A program made the position numbers and the translations under genes. The notes beneath the pieces were generated by a model. The model had not been told where the DNA came from. It saw only the letters and a list, made by a program, of their open reading frames with translations, and did no database searches. A DNA stretch of 63,978 bases, filler included, from Octopus bimaculoides (taxonomy: Eukaryota), in the NCBI RefSeq assembly GCF_001194135.2. It is 5 parts of 5 records of this genome, joined end to end, with 100 filler letters (N's around TTAATTAATTAA, not from the genome) between each part and the next. Parts side by side here need not be neighbours in the genome. Positions count along the whole stretch, not along the records: positions 22,445 to 45,268 come from NC_068990.1; positions 45,369 to 54,798 come from NC_068992.1; 3 more parts are not named here. One strand, written 5' to 3'. Positions 38,551 through 52,343 of the stretch are shown here, one piece after another; the first letter of the stretch is position 1; each line of letters starts with the position of its first letter.

Positions 38551-39661
38551 AGAGCGAGAGACTGAGGAAAACGCATCCATATGTGCATGCATGTTCATAA
38601 CGGTGCCTGTTACCAGTTATACAATATTGGCATCTAAGTTTGGTGATGTACCAGAAACATATTAAATGAGTCATTTGTAATTCTCATCTAAGACAATAAA
38701 TAAAATAAATAGCTCGAAGATATTTCTACTTTATTAGAGATCATGAGTGCAATTTTCGACATTATTTAATGCCCATAAATCTAATTTCAATATAATGCAA
38801 TTTCATGTTATACTTTAGACAAAGTAATTGGAATATAATACCATTATAATTGAATTTTCGGAATATATTAACTTTGTTTTGGCGTTTTGTGAATTTTCAA
38901 TTTTAATAGATGCTTATATTTTATTCAGTGTTCATTGTATATTAAAATATATTAAATATATGGAAAAAGACAAAAAAAAATGTTCACCTATTTCCATATT
39001 AGTATATTTTAATATTATTAGTAAATTTAATATTGTTTTTTTTTTTTGTGACTAATGTCGTACGGAATGAAGAATATCCAGTTTAAAATTGTGGTCATTT
39101 TTTTGGTATTAGACAAAGAATTTTATGAATATTTTGCAAAGAATTAATCAATTTAATTCAGCTTTACAGTTATTGTATGCGTACATGTAAACAGAAATAA
39201 ACAGTTGATGTAATTCAAAAAAGTTATAAACAATAAAAATAATACGCTGACGAGACTAGGCTAAATCGATGGCATGCATAACGGCAATAACTTAACATGA
39301 TCGGATATGAAAATGCAAAATAGCACAATGTTTCGTTTATTTTTATATATTATATACAATGTTCGATAAATTATATAGCAATAGATTAGAAGGATCAATA
39401 TTCTAAAACGAAGCAATTGTACATGTACATGAGAAATATTACGTTGTTGATCCTGGATATTATCGTGGGATGGATAACAAGAGAGCTTGCCCAAGATTGT
39501 CTAAACTAGTGTAAATTTACCTACTGAATATAACTTCTGCAATGCCGTAATGTAATTTAGAAGACTGTATTTGCTTAAAATATCTGTGACACAACTTTTG
39601 TATATGGAATATTTAGAAATGTAATAATGCTTCAAAATGTTATAAGCAAACATACTTTCAG

Positions 39662-39767
39662 AAGGTTTTCTGAAGTCACATGAAAGAAATAGTGTGGAGC
39701 ACGAACCCATGATAGAAACTGTGTTAAGTGATGAAGATGACTATCTGTTCATTAATTTTGGTTTCAG
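39662..39767 (+). CDS. Candidate internal coding exon (106 nt)
   Basis: TTTCAG| acceptor and CAG|GTAAAC donor. Single open frame GFLKSHERNSVEHEPMIETVLSDEDDYLFINFGF, ending in phase 2, which fits 50440. Confidence 0.4.
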
Positions 39768-39852
39768 GTAAACTTAAGTTAGCAAAACATAGCAGTGAAA
39801 ACCTCGTGTTTTCTGACTTCTTTCTTTCTTTGTTTCCTTACACACACAAGCA

Positions 39853-39888
<36 letters not shown>

Positions 39889-41122
39889 NNNNNNNNNNNN
39901 NNNNNNNNNNNNNNNNNNNNNNNNNNNNNNNNNNNNNNNNNNNNNNNNNNNNNNNNNNNNNNNNNNNNNNNNNNNNNNNNNNNNNNNNNNNNNNNNNNNN
40001 NNNNNNNNNNNNNNNNNNNNNNNNNNNNNNNNNNNNNNNNNNNNNNNNNNNNNNNNNNNNNNNNNNNNNNNNNNNNNNNNNNNNNNNNNNNNNNNNNNNN
40101 NNNNNNNNNNNNNNNNNNNNNNNNNNNNNNNNNNNNNNNNNNNNNNNNNNNNNNNNNNNNNNNNNNNNNNNNNNNNNNNNNNNNNNNNNNNNNNNNNNNN
40201 NNNNNNNNNNNNNNNNNNNNNNNNNNNNNNNNNNNNNNNNNNNNNNNNNNNNNNNNNNNNNNNNNNNNNNNNNNNNNNNNNNNNNNNNNNNNNNNNNNNN
40301 NNNNNNNNNNNNNNNNNNNNNNNNNNNNNNNNNNNNNNNNNNNNNNNNNNNNNNNNNNNNNNNNNNNNNNNNNNNNNNNNNNNNNNNNNNNNNNNNNNNN
40401 NNNNNNNNNNNNNNNNNNNNNNNNNNNNNNNNNNNNNNNNNNNNNNNNNNNNNNNNNNNNNNNNNNNNNNNNNNNNNNNNNNNNNNNNNNNNNNNNNNNN
40501 NNNNNNNNNNNNNNNNNNNNNNNNNNNNNNNNNNNNNNNNNNNNNNNNNNNNNNNNNNNNNNNNNNNNNNNNNNNNNNNNNNNNNNNNNNNNNNNNNNNN
40601 NNNNNNNNNNNNNNNNNNNNNNNNNNNNNNNNNNNNNNNNNNNNNNNNNNNNNNNNNNNNNNNNNNNNNNNNNNNNNNNNNNNNNNNNNNNNNNNNNNNN
40701 NNNNNNNNNNNNNNNNNNNNNNNNNNNNNNNNNNNNNNNNNNNNNNNNNNNNATATATATATATATATATATATACATGTGTGTGTGTGTTTGTGCGTGT
40801 GTGTGTGTGTGTGTTTGTGCATGTGTGTGTGTGTATGTGTGTGTATGAAGGCGTGTATGTTAGTGGTTGGGTTGTTTGGCTCACGATCGTAATGTTGTGT
40901 TCGAGTCCCGGCAGCGTGTTGTGGCCTTGAGCAACACACACAATTTATTTCACGTAGCTCCACTCAGCTTAAGTGGCAAAATTTGAGTTGTACTTGTAAT
41001 TTAACGTCGTGCCAGCCATGCCTGATGCTGTGTCATGCTGTTAATTTAACTAACAGGCTGGCTTGTTGATCGGGTTAAGTGGCCGCAGACTGAAACAATA
41101 AAACAAAATGATAAAAAAAATA

Positions 41123-41536
41123 GGCGCAGGAGTGGCTGTGTGGTAAGTAGCTTGCTTACCAACCACATGGTTCCGGGTTCATTCCCACTGCGTGGCACCT
41201 TGGGCTAGTGTCTTCCACTATAGCCTCGGGTCGACCAAAGCCTTATGAGTGGATTTGGTAGACGGGAACTGAAAGAAGCCTGTCGTATATATGTATATAT
41301 ATATGTATGTATGTGTGTGTATATGTTTGTGTGTCTGTGTTTGTCCCCCCAACATCGCTTGACAACCGATGCTGGTGTGTTTATATCCCCGTAACTTAGC
41401 GGATCGGCAAAAGAGACCGGTATAATAAGTACTAGGCTTCCAAAGAATAAGTCCTGGGGTCGATTTGCTCGACTAAAGGCGGTACTCCAGCATGGCCACA
41501 GTCAAATGACTGAAACAAGTAAAGAGTAAAGAGAAA
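41123..41536 (+). mobile_element. Family A tRNA-derived SINE, full-length reference copy
   Basis: A-box TGGCTGTGTGG, B-box GGTTCATTCCC, CORE-like ccttgggctagtgtctt, internal (TA/TG) tract and tail gactgaaacaagtaaagag. Confidence 0.92.
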
Positions 41537-42653
41537 TACAAACTTAGACTCCGATGTCTTTACATGGGATCAGAATAGCTATGAAGTTAAGCAGATATGG
41601 ATGCAGTTATTCAAATTATACATATTAAATATAACAACAGTTTGGTAATGAAATACAAATTACGTATTTATGTATAGATGCAAAACGAGAGAAAGCAAAG
41701 GGTGGAGACTTTTAGGCAATGAATATTTAAATATAAATATATAGATATTTTATATTGATAGATCCAAATTACACACAGTTAATTTTCTCTGTCGTTTGTA
41801 CTCTGTGTAAGTTGGATCTATTAATATAAATATCTATTTCTTTATACATAAATATTCATCATCTGAAAGTCTCCAAATTCTGTTTTCTTTCGTTTTGCAT
41901 GTATACATATTTTGTATTTCATCCACAAGCTGTTATATTTAATATATCTAATTTCTTCCGCCGCTCACTTGCTTCTATATATAAATTACATATATGGAGA
42001 CAGACATACTAAATCAAGAAAATAAAAACTTATATAATACTGTTACAAATAATGTAAATGTGTGTGTGTGTTTGGTGGGGGTGCGTGTGTACCTGTGTGT
42101 ATTTTCAGTCATTATTTTGTTAATTTTGTTCAATTAGGCATTTTACTGTAAGTTTATTGAAATATTTCCTATTAATTAATTTCACCAATAAATATAAAGA
42201 GAAGTTTAAACCGCTGCTACAAACAAAACCTGCAATATGAAGTTTCATGATATTATGCTGTACATCTATGATTAAAAGCAAACTGATTTTGCTATTGATT
42301 TCATTGAAATTACAGGTCATTTTAAATTGAAATTTTATATAATATATTATTCGCGCATTTAGTAAGCTTTGCAACTATTTCGAGTAAATCTTGTTTATTT
42401 AATGTATTGATCATATCATCAAACGAAAATTAATTATTAGTAATTACGGATAAATCAAAGCAACGTTATAAACATCGTATCTTGTTTTTTTTTTCACAAT
42501 GCTTGAGTAAGTAACGTCGTTTATATTTTAAAGTATTTACTAAACCATTTAGTTAAATAATTACATCAATTAGACTGCCGAGTAATTAATTGAACATCAG
42601 GTACAATTTGCTGAGCCAAACATGTTAGGCTGCGTCTGCTGCTGCTACAGTGG

Positions 42654-42717
<64 letters not shown>

Positions 42718-42744
42718 CACTACTACTACTGTAGAAGGTGGCCT

Positions 42745-42897
42745 GTCGATTGCATTGACTGCAGTATTGAACTGATACTTATTAGTTCGTGACCGAAAGA
42801 ATGAAAGGTAAAGCTGTCTTCAGCAGAATTTGAACTCAGAACGTAAAGAGGCAAAGTATTTCGTCTGATGTGCTAATGATTATGCCAGCTCACCGCC

Positions 42898-42898
<1 letters not shown>
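42745..42898 (-). mobile_element. Family B SINE between (TAC)n and (AAT)n tracts
   Basis: Runs gaatgaaaggtaaag…atttgaactcag…gctcaccgcctt. Confidence 0.8.
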
Positions 42899-42943
<45 letters not shown>

Positions 42944-42959
42944 TAATAATAAAAAAAAA

Positions 42960-43465
42960 TGCCATGATGCAGTAGCAAGCAGTGGCTCTCATGGCTTCTC
43001 ATCTTAACTGATTGGAAGTGTTATCATGTACATTGTTTTGTCTTGGTATAAGAGATGGGCTACAGCAAATATTCTGTTCAGTACCACAGATTTGCTTGTC
43101 AGTTGCTTGACCTTAACCAGTTGAGCGTGTCCTTTAGTTGATGACGATATGTGCATCTCTGATCACGAACAGAAGTAAACGGGGGAACATCATAGCCAAG
43201 TGTTGAGAGGAATTCTTTTGCGTTTGAATAATTCACCTCTGGTAACATGGGTCATTTGTTCATTATCTGTAAACAAACCTTATTCAGGGGCCTTTTGAGC
43301 GAAATGGGCTACTCAGCCTGAAGAAAATTCTAACTGGGTTCCATCTGCAAGTCATGCGTTGTTTATCTTGATATCAGATCACTATGTTGCGCACATATGG
43401 TTGTGATGCATGTACCTGGTGTACCCATATCAGACGGTAGTCATGATGGGTATGCTTTCTCACTC

Positions 43466-43466
<1 letters not shown>
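42960..43466. mobile_element. Second copy of the unclassified TAA-embedded repeat
   Basis: Collinear with 6944-7501, with a ~50-bp deletion near the right end and (AAT)n on both sides. Confidence 0.85.
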
Positions 43467-43507
<41 letters not shown>

Positions 43508-44210
43508 CATGATAATAATAATGTTCAAATTCATAATAGAATGATAATTATTGTAATCATTGTAATGATAAAAATAACAGGAATACCACCGGAGATTCGA
43601 ATCGATGAGAGTGCTATAAAACCCGAAGTAAATCAACTGATAAATGCAAGATTGCAAATATAACGGTTGTTACTCATTGTGCGATCAAGGAACAAGATAA
43701 AGAATTTAAATACACCTTGTAATGAATGAAGTTATGATGACATAACACTCAGTTAAAATAGAGATCCATATAAAATAGTGCAGGAGAGTATGTTTAGTGC
43801 TAAACCTGATCTGAATGAGGCTATCAGATGTAACGTTATCAGTAGTTTTCGAATCAAATAAGATTACGAATCTGGACACCAAGGGAAGGAACATGGCACC
43901 CACAGAGGTGATGAAGCAACCCCGTCTAAAAGCAGAGATTAATAGTGTGTACTGACCAGGAATTTTAGGAGAACGGGTCCGAGTTCAAATTGAACTGAGC
44001 TTAAAGAGCTTGAAAAAAATGTTACCACTAGGTAGATTAGATAGAAAGATAGACAGATAGATAGACATATAGATAGATAGATAGATAGATATACAGATGT
44101 ATAGCTATGTGTGATTGTATAGGCATAACCATATAAATACACACACGCATAAACACCCCACCCCCCCCACNNNNNNNNNNNNNNNNNNNNNNNNNNNNNN
44201 NNNNNNNNNN

Positions 44211-44269
<59 letters not shown>

Positions 44270-45231
44270 CACACACACACATATTCGTGTTGAAATATAG
44301 AAACTTACGCGTATATAGGTATATATTCGTTGGATCAAAATGCCTTATTTGTCCTTCGCGAGATCACCTAACGTAAGAGGTGCCGATATTATATATTATA
44401 GCAATACTCTTTTGTTCCGTTTTTAAATGTTATTTTCCCCTTTGGTTTCTGTTTTCTATTTCGTATTGTGTAATAGTAAAATTCATTTTCCTTCATGTAA
44501 CACTAACCACGAATTTAGTTATGAACGGACATATCTATTGCACATGATTTTGAATACTTCGTATTCCTCTATAAATAACAATTATAATGCAAGCATACCT
44601 CGAATCCCATTTAAACAAAGTTTAATGTTGGCAGAATATTTTTATTCAGTATTTTCTCGTAATAATGTATTGAAAACATCAAAGGGTTGTGTTAACATCA
44701 AACCACATCAACGCTACTGTGATACGAGAAACTCTCGGCGTAGCGAGAACCGGATCAAATAGTGTGCTATAAAATTTCAGAATACACGTCATAATTCTTA
44801 TGGTGTTGTTTAAATTCACAAATGTATTAGGCTTGTTACACCTAAAATGTCCAATTACAGGATTTACCTCTTTGTTCTTTCATTTTGTTACCCTCGATTT
44901 TCCCTCTACCCGTACAAATCATTGAGCCATGAAAATAAACGTTTGTAATGAAAACAGATATATATATACACACACACTACATTGTTGTAATTGCAACAAA
45001 AACGCACATGATGCAAGCTAGTGATTGGAAAAATATATGCTAGAATTTGAACGATGCGGTAAACTGTTTAATAGCGTATTGTAAAAATTACAGTGTTGCA
45101 CCACAACTATATAACATGTCATGCATGTCATTAGATTGAAGAAGTTCACACCATGCTGTTTATCGATATCAAACAGTGGCTAAAATTATCATTTACCAAA
45201 TTATAACATGTGATGAGTGAAAAACTGCGAA

Positions 45232-45268
<37 letters not shown>

Positions 45269-45368
45269 NNNNNNNNNNNNNNNNNNNNNNNNNNNNNNNN
45301 NNNNNNNNNNNNTTAATTAATTAANNNNNNNNNNNNNNNNNNNNNNNNNNNNNNNNNNNNNNNNNNNN
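45269..45368. other. Artificial scaffold spacer N44-TTAATTAATTAA-N44
   Basis: Exactly 100 bp. Confidence 0.95.
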
Positions 45369-45444
<76 letters not shown>

Positions 45445-45729
45445 CTTTATCTCTTTATTTGTTAATCTCAACCCATAACTGGGTATGTCTCTACTTGGCT
45501 GTTGTTTGGTCCCACGTGATGATTTCCTTACCGTATTTTACTATATACTTTTGTCAAAGACTGAGAGCTTTTAATTTCAATCCTTTCTGTTAATCAGATA
45601 CAACCTCTTGGTCAACACAAACTTCGTTACTTTCTTGGGATAATTATATTACATTCGCTAGGCAGTTCTGTTATGTATGCAGTATAGAGTTAGAATATCC
45701 CCTGCTGTATAGTGTAGTGTCAAAATATG

Positions 45730-46200
45730 CCTTTCTAATATAGGTACAACGCCCGATATTTGGGCGAGGTGGAGGTTAGTCAATTACATCGACTTCCTCA
45801 GTGATTGACTGGCATTTATTTGGTCGACACCGAAAGAATGAAGGGCAAAGTCGACTTCAAAGGAATTTGAATTCTGAACTTGAGGAGTGACGAAATAACG
45901 CTAAGAATTTTGTCCGGCGTGTTAACGATTCGGCCAGCTCGTCACTTTACTGTAGAGTCAAAATATTTCAAATGATACAACCTGGATATAGAATAAGTCT
46001 AGTTCTATAAATCTGAGATGATATATTCGTTTCAAATTTTAGCAAAAGGCCAGCAATTCTGACCTCAGTGATTAACTGGTACTTATTTGGTCGACCCCGT
46101 AGGAATGAAATACAAGGTCTGCCTCGGAGAAATTTGAACTCAGAGCGAAAGGAGGGACGACATACCGCTAAGCATTTTGTTCGTCGTGCCAGCTCACCGG
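45730..46200 (-). mobile_element. Two tandem family B SINEs (45730-45950 and 46030-46200)
   Basis: Both carry gaatttgaa(c/t)tc(t/a)g and the ccagctc head in reverse. Confidence 0.8.
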
Positions 46201-46835
46201 ATTAGTGTAGTGCCACAATATTCCAAATGATTATAGCATGGATATAGAATAAGCCTAATGCTATAATACTGAGTTAGAATATTATCAGAAACATAGAATA
46301 GGGACAGAATGCTCTCAGTTGTATAGCATGTTGTCAAAGTACTCTTAATGATAAATCACGTAGTGTTCATACTGCTAGGAATATAATATGTTTTTAGAGT
46401 ACTTTCAACGATGTGTAACAGTGTGACTTATCTTGGCGACAAAATTCGGTGATAAAGCAATATCGAGTAATTCATTACTGAGTTTGAATACTCGATGTGA
46501 TACAAAATAGTGAGGAATATTCCTTCTCACAAGAGTAATTAGACAAATTTTAGAAGTATAGTATGCTTAACGTTACTTCTCTTGTCATAGATTAACTGTA
46601 GACTTGAATATGTAAACAAAATAGCAGAAGAGGTCACAAGTTACATTGTAAATTACAGCCGAATTTAAACGAAAAATAACTTGAGGCGACAGCACACACA
46701 AGCAGCTGCGGCAGTAGCAGTAGTAGTAGTAGTAGTAGCAGCAGCAGTGGTAGTAGTAGTAGTAGATTCTGTTGACTGTGTAGAAAAAGAAGTGTTAGAA
46801 GAGAAGGAAGGACGGGAAGACGAGAAATGTTTATG

Positions 46836-46891
<56 letters not shown>

Positions 46892-46894
46892 GGT

Positions 46895-47100
46895 TGAAGC
46901 AGAATCGTTAGTACACCGGACAAAATGCTTAGCAACATTTCGTCCGCCACTACGTTCTGAGTTCAAATTGCGCCGTGGTCGACTTTGCTTTTCAATCATT
47001 TCGAGGTCGATAAGTTAAGTAGAAGTGAAACACTGTGGTCGATGTAGTCGACTTATCCCTTCCCCAGAATTACTGGCTTTGTGCCACAATTTGAAGCCAT
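46895..47100 (+). mobile_element. Family B SINE flanked by (ATT)n on both sides
   Basis: Runs gcagaatcgttag…gagttcaaattgcgcc…tttgaagcc, then attattattatc. Confidence 0.87.
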
Positions 47101-47906
47101 TATTATTATCATGGTTATTAGTATTTTTTTCTTATTATCACTAGTTTGATGATTGTTAGGAGGTGGGGAAGAGAGGGAGAAAATGTGGAAGGAGAAAGAG
47201 AAGGAAGAGAAGAAGAAAAAGAGGAGGTGGTGGAGAAGAAGAAGGATTAAAAAGAAGCGGTAGAATATGCAGATGAAGTAAAAGACGGAGAAAATGAAAA
47301 TGAAAGGAATATTTTGTATTTCCGACGAACTAATACTTCTGCGCTTCCACCGAAATTAGTATTAAAATAGCTAATAATTTCTGACCGTAGTTCAAAGCCA
47401 AAATATTTAAAGAACGGGTATAAAGCGGTAAACATTAGATACAGGAATATGTGAGGAATCGGTACATTCCCTTTATCGACAACTACCATAGAAATAACTT
47501 AGTGCAATATCAACAGCTTTGAAATCAAAATGCAAATTAAATAAGTAATTAGTACAAAGCTCTCTCAATTTGTCCATCTAATGCCTTTTATAATACGTAT
47601 AATAATATAAGTAAAGAATCCTGTTATGTTTTTAATTAGTTTTGCATAAATAGTATCTGTAATAATTGGTCCATTTCTGTACTGTAATATGAAAGAGTCC
47701 TCCGATACAATGACCATAGTATCACATCGTCCACGGGTCAGAGGGTTCCACATGAGTGAGTTTAAGATATGAATCTTTTTGATGTTCTTATCCCCGTCTA
47801 ATAGATTCTAGTTGGTATTCATTAAAGCGTAGTGTTGGAAACATCTTTGGATTAGAGTGATATGTATATATACATATTTATGTATGTATGTATACACATA
47901 TCCATA

Positions 47907-47949
<43 letters not shown>

Positions 47950-48242
47950 NNNNNNNNNNNNNNNNNNNNNNNNNNNNNNNNNNNNNNNNNNNNNNNNNNN
48001 NNNNNNNNNNNNNNNNNNNNNNNNNNNNNNNNNNNNNNNNNNNNNNNNNNNNNNNNNNNNNNNNNNNNNNNNNNNNNNNNNNNNNNNNNNNNNNNNNNNN
48101 NNNNNNNNNNNNNNNNNNNNNNNNNNNNNNNNNNNNNNNNNNNNNNNNNNNNNNNNNNNNNNNNNNNNNNNNNNNNATTACATACACATATATATACACA
48201 CTTATGTGTGTATGACTACTTGTGCGTATGTGTTCCTGTTAT

Positions 48243-48283
<41 letters not shown>

Positions 48284-49175
48284 CCATAATCATGAATTCG
48301 TGAATATGTAAGTACATAGACAAATACATTTTTGTTATAATATAAAGAAATTTTATTCATATATGCATATAATCGTTTACATATATAGTAGGCTAACACT
48401 CACGCACACTTACACATACACACAAGCACAAACACACGCACATGTATTATATATAAACACAAACATATACTCTATGATATAGCTGTAAACAAAGGTATGA
48501 CACAGATAAATTTCTTGTAAATAAGTTACTATATATTTAATGAAGAACCGGCAGTATTGTTTCATAACATATTTAGGCAATCACCCTCCGTTATATGAAA
48601 AAAATACACTAGTGTAATATTTTGTCTGATATTGAAAGTAGATCATGGTGCGAAGCCTAGATTAACTCTGTGGACTGAGTGTCTTAGTACATTTTATGGT
48701 AAATAGATTCAAATATATTACTCCACTTTGAGGAAAGTATACGACTAAATCCTTTAGTATAATACCAGTTCGATAGAGCACAGATTGTGACATTGATAAA
48801 TGGTACAAGACAGTATTGTCCGCGAAATGTATTAAAATAAAATTATTACAGGTCATTCGGTCAAAGTGAATCTATACATATTTTCCAATATTGATCAAGA
48901 TGCAAACAACGACGTAGTCATTTAATATACAGACTATTTGACAAATTGGTTGTACAATTGTAACTTGTAAGTTATATTATTAATGTGATGCTCAACTAAC
49001 ATACACGGCATTATTCTAGGAGACATTAATTCTCATTTTCTTCAAGTTATCTCCCCTTTTTCTTTCAGAGTTTCTAATAACTGACGCTAGAATTTTATGA
49101 GATGTTTTTACTTTTCCCTCCTACCATAATGGAGATTTTAATTAGTTAGCATTTACTGTAGAGTATTCAGTACAT

Positions 49176-49556
49176 CGGAGACGCAATGGCCTAGTGGTTA
49201 GGGCAGCGGACTCGCGGTCATAGGATCGCGGTTTTGATTCCCAGACCGGGCGTTGTGTGTGTTTATTGAGCGAAAACACCTAAAGCTCCACGAGGCTCCG
49301 GCAGAGGATGGTGGCGAACCCTGCTGTACTCTTCCACCACAACTTTCTCTCACTCTTATTTCCTGTTTCTGTTGTGCCTGTAATTCAAAGGGGCAGCCTT
49401 GTCACACTGTGTCACGCTGAATGTCCCCGAGAATTACGTTAAGGGTACACGTGTCTGTGGAGTGTTCAGCCACTTGCACATTAATTTCACGAGTAGGCTG
49501 TTCCGTTGATCGGATCAACTGGAACCCTCGACGTCGTAAGCGACGGAGTACCAACA
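49176..49556 (+). mobile_element. Family C tRNA-derived SINE, full-length reference copy
   Basis: A-box TGGCCTAGTGG and B-box GGTTTTGATTCC. 11-bp TSD ATTCAGTACAT at 49165-49175 and 49557-49567. Confidence 0.93.
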
Positions 49557-49711
49557 ATTCAGTACATTATAATTTAACGTAGTACAGTGTCGAACGGAAT
49601 GAGCACGAGTGATCTTTTAGGAATACATTAACTGTTACTAACCTACGGTAGATTTAATTTGAAGATGGCTCAAAAAATTCAATTACCCTTAATCTATAAA
49701 CAAAAAGGGAC

Positions 49712-50015
49712 TAGCACCTCCGTCGATGACGACATCAAGTGTTCCAGTTGATCCGAACATGAAATTAACGTGCAAGTGGCTGAGCATTCCACAGACACGT
49801 GTACATTTAACGTAGTTCTCAGGGAGATTCAGCGTGACACAGAGTGTGACAAGGCTGGTTTTTTTAAATACAGGTACAAATCATTTTTGCACACTAAATG
49901 GACAGGCGCAAGTAGCTTAAGGTGTCTTGCTCAAGGACACAACCCACCACCAGGAATCGAACACTCGCCATTACGATCATGAGAAGATTGCCGCACCTAC
50001 TAAGCCACACGCCTT
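49712..50015 (-). mobile_element. Family C SINE (short subfamily), inverted to the neighbouring copy
   Basis: Runs gttccagttgatccg…cactccacagacacg…ctactaagccacacgcc. Confidence 0.87.
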
Positions 50016-50089
50016 TACATCACTTAACCTTTAAGTATTATTGGAATAATGTCTCATATTTATTGTAAAGCACATAGTTTGTATGGTTT

Positions 50090-50306
50090 CTTCTTTTCTA
50101 CTCAAGGTAAACGGCCCGAATTTTTGGGGGAGGGGGCCAGTCGATTAGATCGACCCCAGTACGCAAATGGTACTTAATTTATCGAGCCTGAAAGGATAAA
50201 AGGCAAAGTCGACCTCGGCGTAATTAGAACTCAGAATGAAAAAATAGACGAAATACCGCAATGCATTTCGCCCGGCATACTAACATTTCTACCAGCTCGC
50301 CGCCTT
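50090..50306 (-). mobile_element. Family B SINE
   Basis: Runs ggcaaagtcgacctcggcg…ccagctcgccgcctt. Confidence 0.87.
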
Positions 50307-50439
50307 CATAATTCTGATGGCTTTTTGAAGAATGGTATACACTTATAGAAGTATGTTCTTTGGAATATCCACTCACATCTGTAGATAGCATCTATAAATA
50401 TCGTAGCTGTTTGCATTTAGTTCAATTTCTACCTTTCAG

Positions 50440-50525
50440 ACTTAATTTCACAATGCTAGTCGGTTTCTGGACAAAATTTGTAACTGAAGGGAGTTATGAC
50501 CGTGATTATGTCCCTGCATTTTATT
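50440..50525 (+). CDS. Candidate internal coding exon (86 nt)
   Basis: TTTCTACCTTTCAG| acceptor and ATT|GTAAGA donor. Frame LNFTMLVGFWTKFVTEGSYDRDYVPAFY starts in phase 2 and ends in phase 1. Confidence 0.4.
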
Positions 50526-51256
50526 GTAAGAGAAGACAAAACATTTTGAAGAATTTCACCCTAGAAAATTCCTCTGGGGTTTTTGGTTTGTTTTTGTTTT
50601 TCAGTTGTTGTGTAAATAAAATTATTCGCTGATTGCATTCCTCCTAACATGCTCTCAATTTGAACGTAAATTGCATTCACAATATAGGTGTGCGCATGGG
50701 TGCCTGTGTCCGTGTGTGTCTCTGTATACAAACACACACTCTAACACATATACATGTATGGTATGTGTGTATGTGTATGCGTGTGTCCATCTGTGTGACT
50801 GTGTGCATATGCATACGTGAATGTATACGTGAATGTAGAAGTCATGCCTAATGCAAAAACACATATATACGCAAAGGTACATACACATACACAAAGACAC
50901 CTATATACATAGGTAAAGATGAATGTAGATATCTATGTCCCTTCCCGCAAAGCACCCACTGTCACTCATTCGCCATACATACATACACAAACACACACAT
51001 ATTTACATATCAGAACCAATGGGAACGGTCGAATGCACCCGTACCTATGTTACATAGACACATGATGGTGAAGGAGGAAAAAAATCGGCAATTCAATGTA
51101 AAAGCTGTGCTTTTATAAGTAAATCACGATGAATGCATTACGAAATAAAACTATATATATCATATTGTCTGTGATATATAGATTGTAAATATTTATATAC
51201 ACAACGAAACATAATGTGGTGAGTTGGAAGTATTTATCCGATATTATACATAATAC

Positions 51257-51295
<39 letters not shown>

Positions 51296-51564
51296 TAATA
51301 CATATACAAACACACATATGCAGACATACACAGCCAGCATCATATACACACATTCAAAGATATATGTGTTTATTTTATATGCTCTTATATGCAAACACAT
51401 TTTACACATATATTTTGTCGAAATATTTCTGATATAAATATATTGGCATATACTATCAATTAAAATACGCATACATATACATGAATATGTATATACATGT
51501 GTGTGTGTGTGTTTGCTTGTACATACATGTACACGTGTGTGTGTGTGTGCGTGTGCATACATAC

Positions 51565-51609
<45 letters not shown>

Positions 51610-52343
51610 TGTACATATATGTATATGTGTGTGTAATCATACTGAAATTCACAAATGAAATACATACAATAATATACAATTACATGTGTATGTCTTTATG
51701 TACGTGCATACGTATGTGAGTGTGAGCGCGCGCGCTGGAGAGGGAGAGAGAGAGGAGACAGAGGGAGTGGAGAAAGAACGAGAGAATTAACGTTAGTACT
51801 CCTCTCTCCACTTATGCTTCCCTTGTCTAAGAATTATTTTTCATATCATTGTATGTACAGTCAGGCACACAATTTTTGTTTCCTTATTTCTTATACTAAC
51901 GACACAACACAGCCATAGAGTCTATAAAAAAAATTCTGTCGTATTGACATTCGAAGAAAATAATAAACACACTGTTTCTCTCAATCGCGCTCAGAATATT
52001 TGCAAAGTAAATATTTATATCTGACAGAAAATGCACGTTTATCTCTTTTCTCCATATCTCTTTTTATTGTGTATGACAATTTTGTTAGATTTATTTCTAT
52101 GCTAAATCTGTGACTGACTGAATTATAACTAAAGCAATATACCATAATTAAATAAAACAGCGGGTTTTTTTTTTGTATATTTTCCCTTCGCTAGCGTTTG
52201 AGAGTTACTATAAAAGGACGCGGGCCTGATGCGGTTTAGCAAGAACGAGCGGCGTCGCTCAGTCACCGAATGGTACAGTTTCTAGACTTGTACAAAATTT
52301 CCTGATTTTTCTTGGTTGTTACTTATAATGTGGATGACCCCCG

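Noticed and set aside
49176-49250. tRNA-like A/B boxes here and at 41123 and 58202
   Set aside because: They are SINE heads continuous with SINE bodies, two of them with TSDs, and no complete cloverleaf is evident.
52195-52272. CpG-rich patch with TATAAAAG and good splice-like boundaries
   Set aside because: All three frames contain stops, and the Inr-like TCAGT is ~50 bp from the TATA, which is too far. Neither a promoter nor a coding exon is supported.
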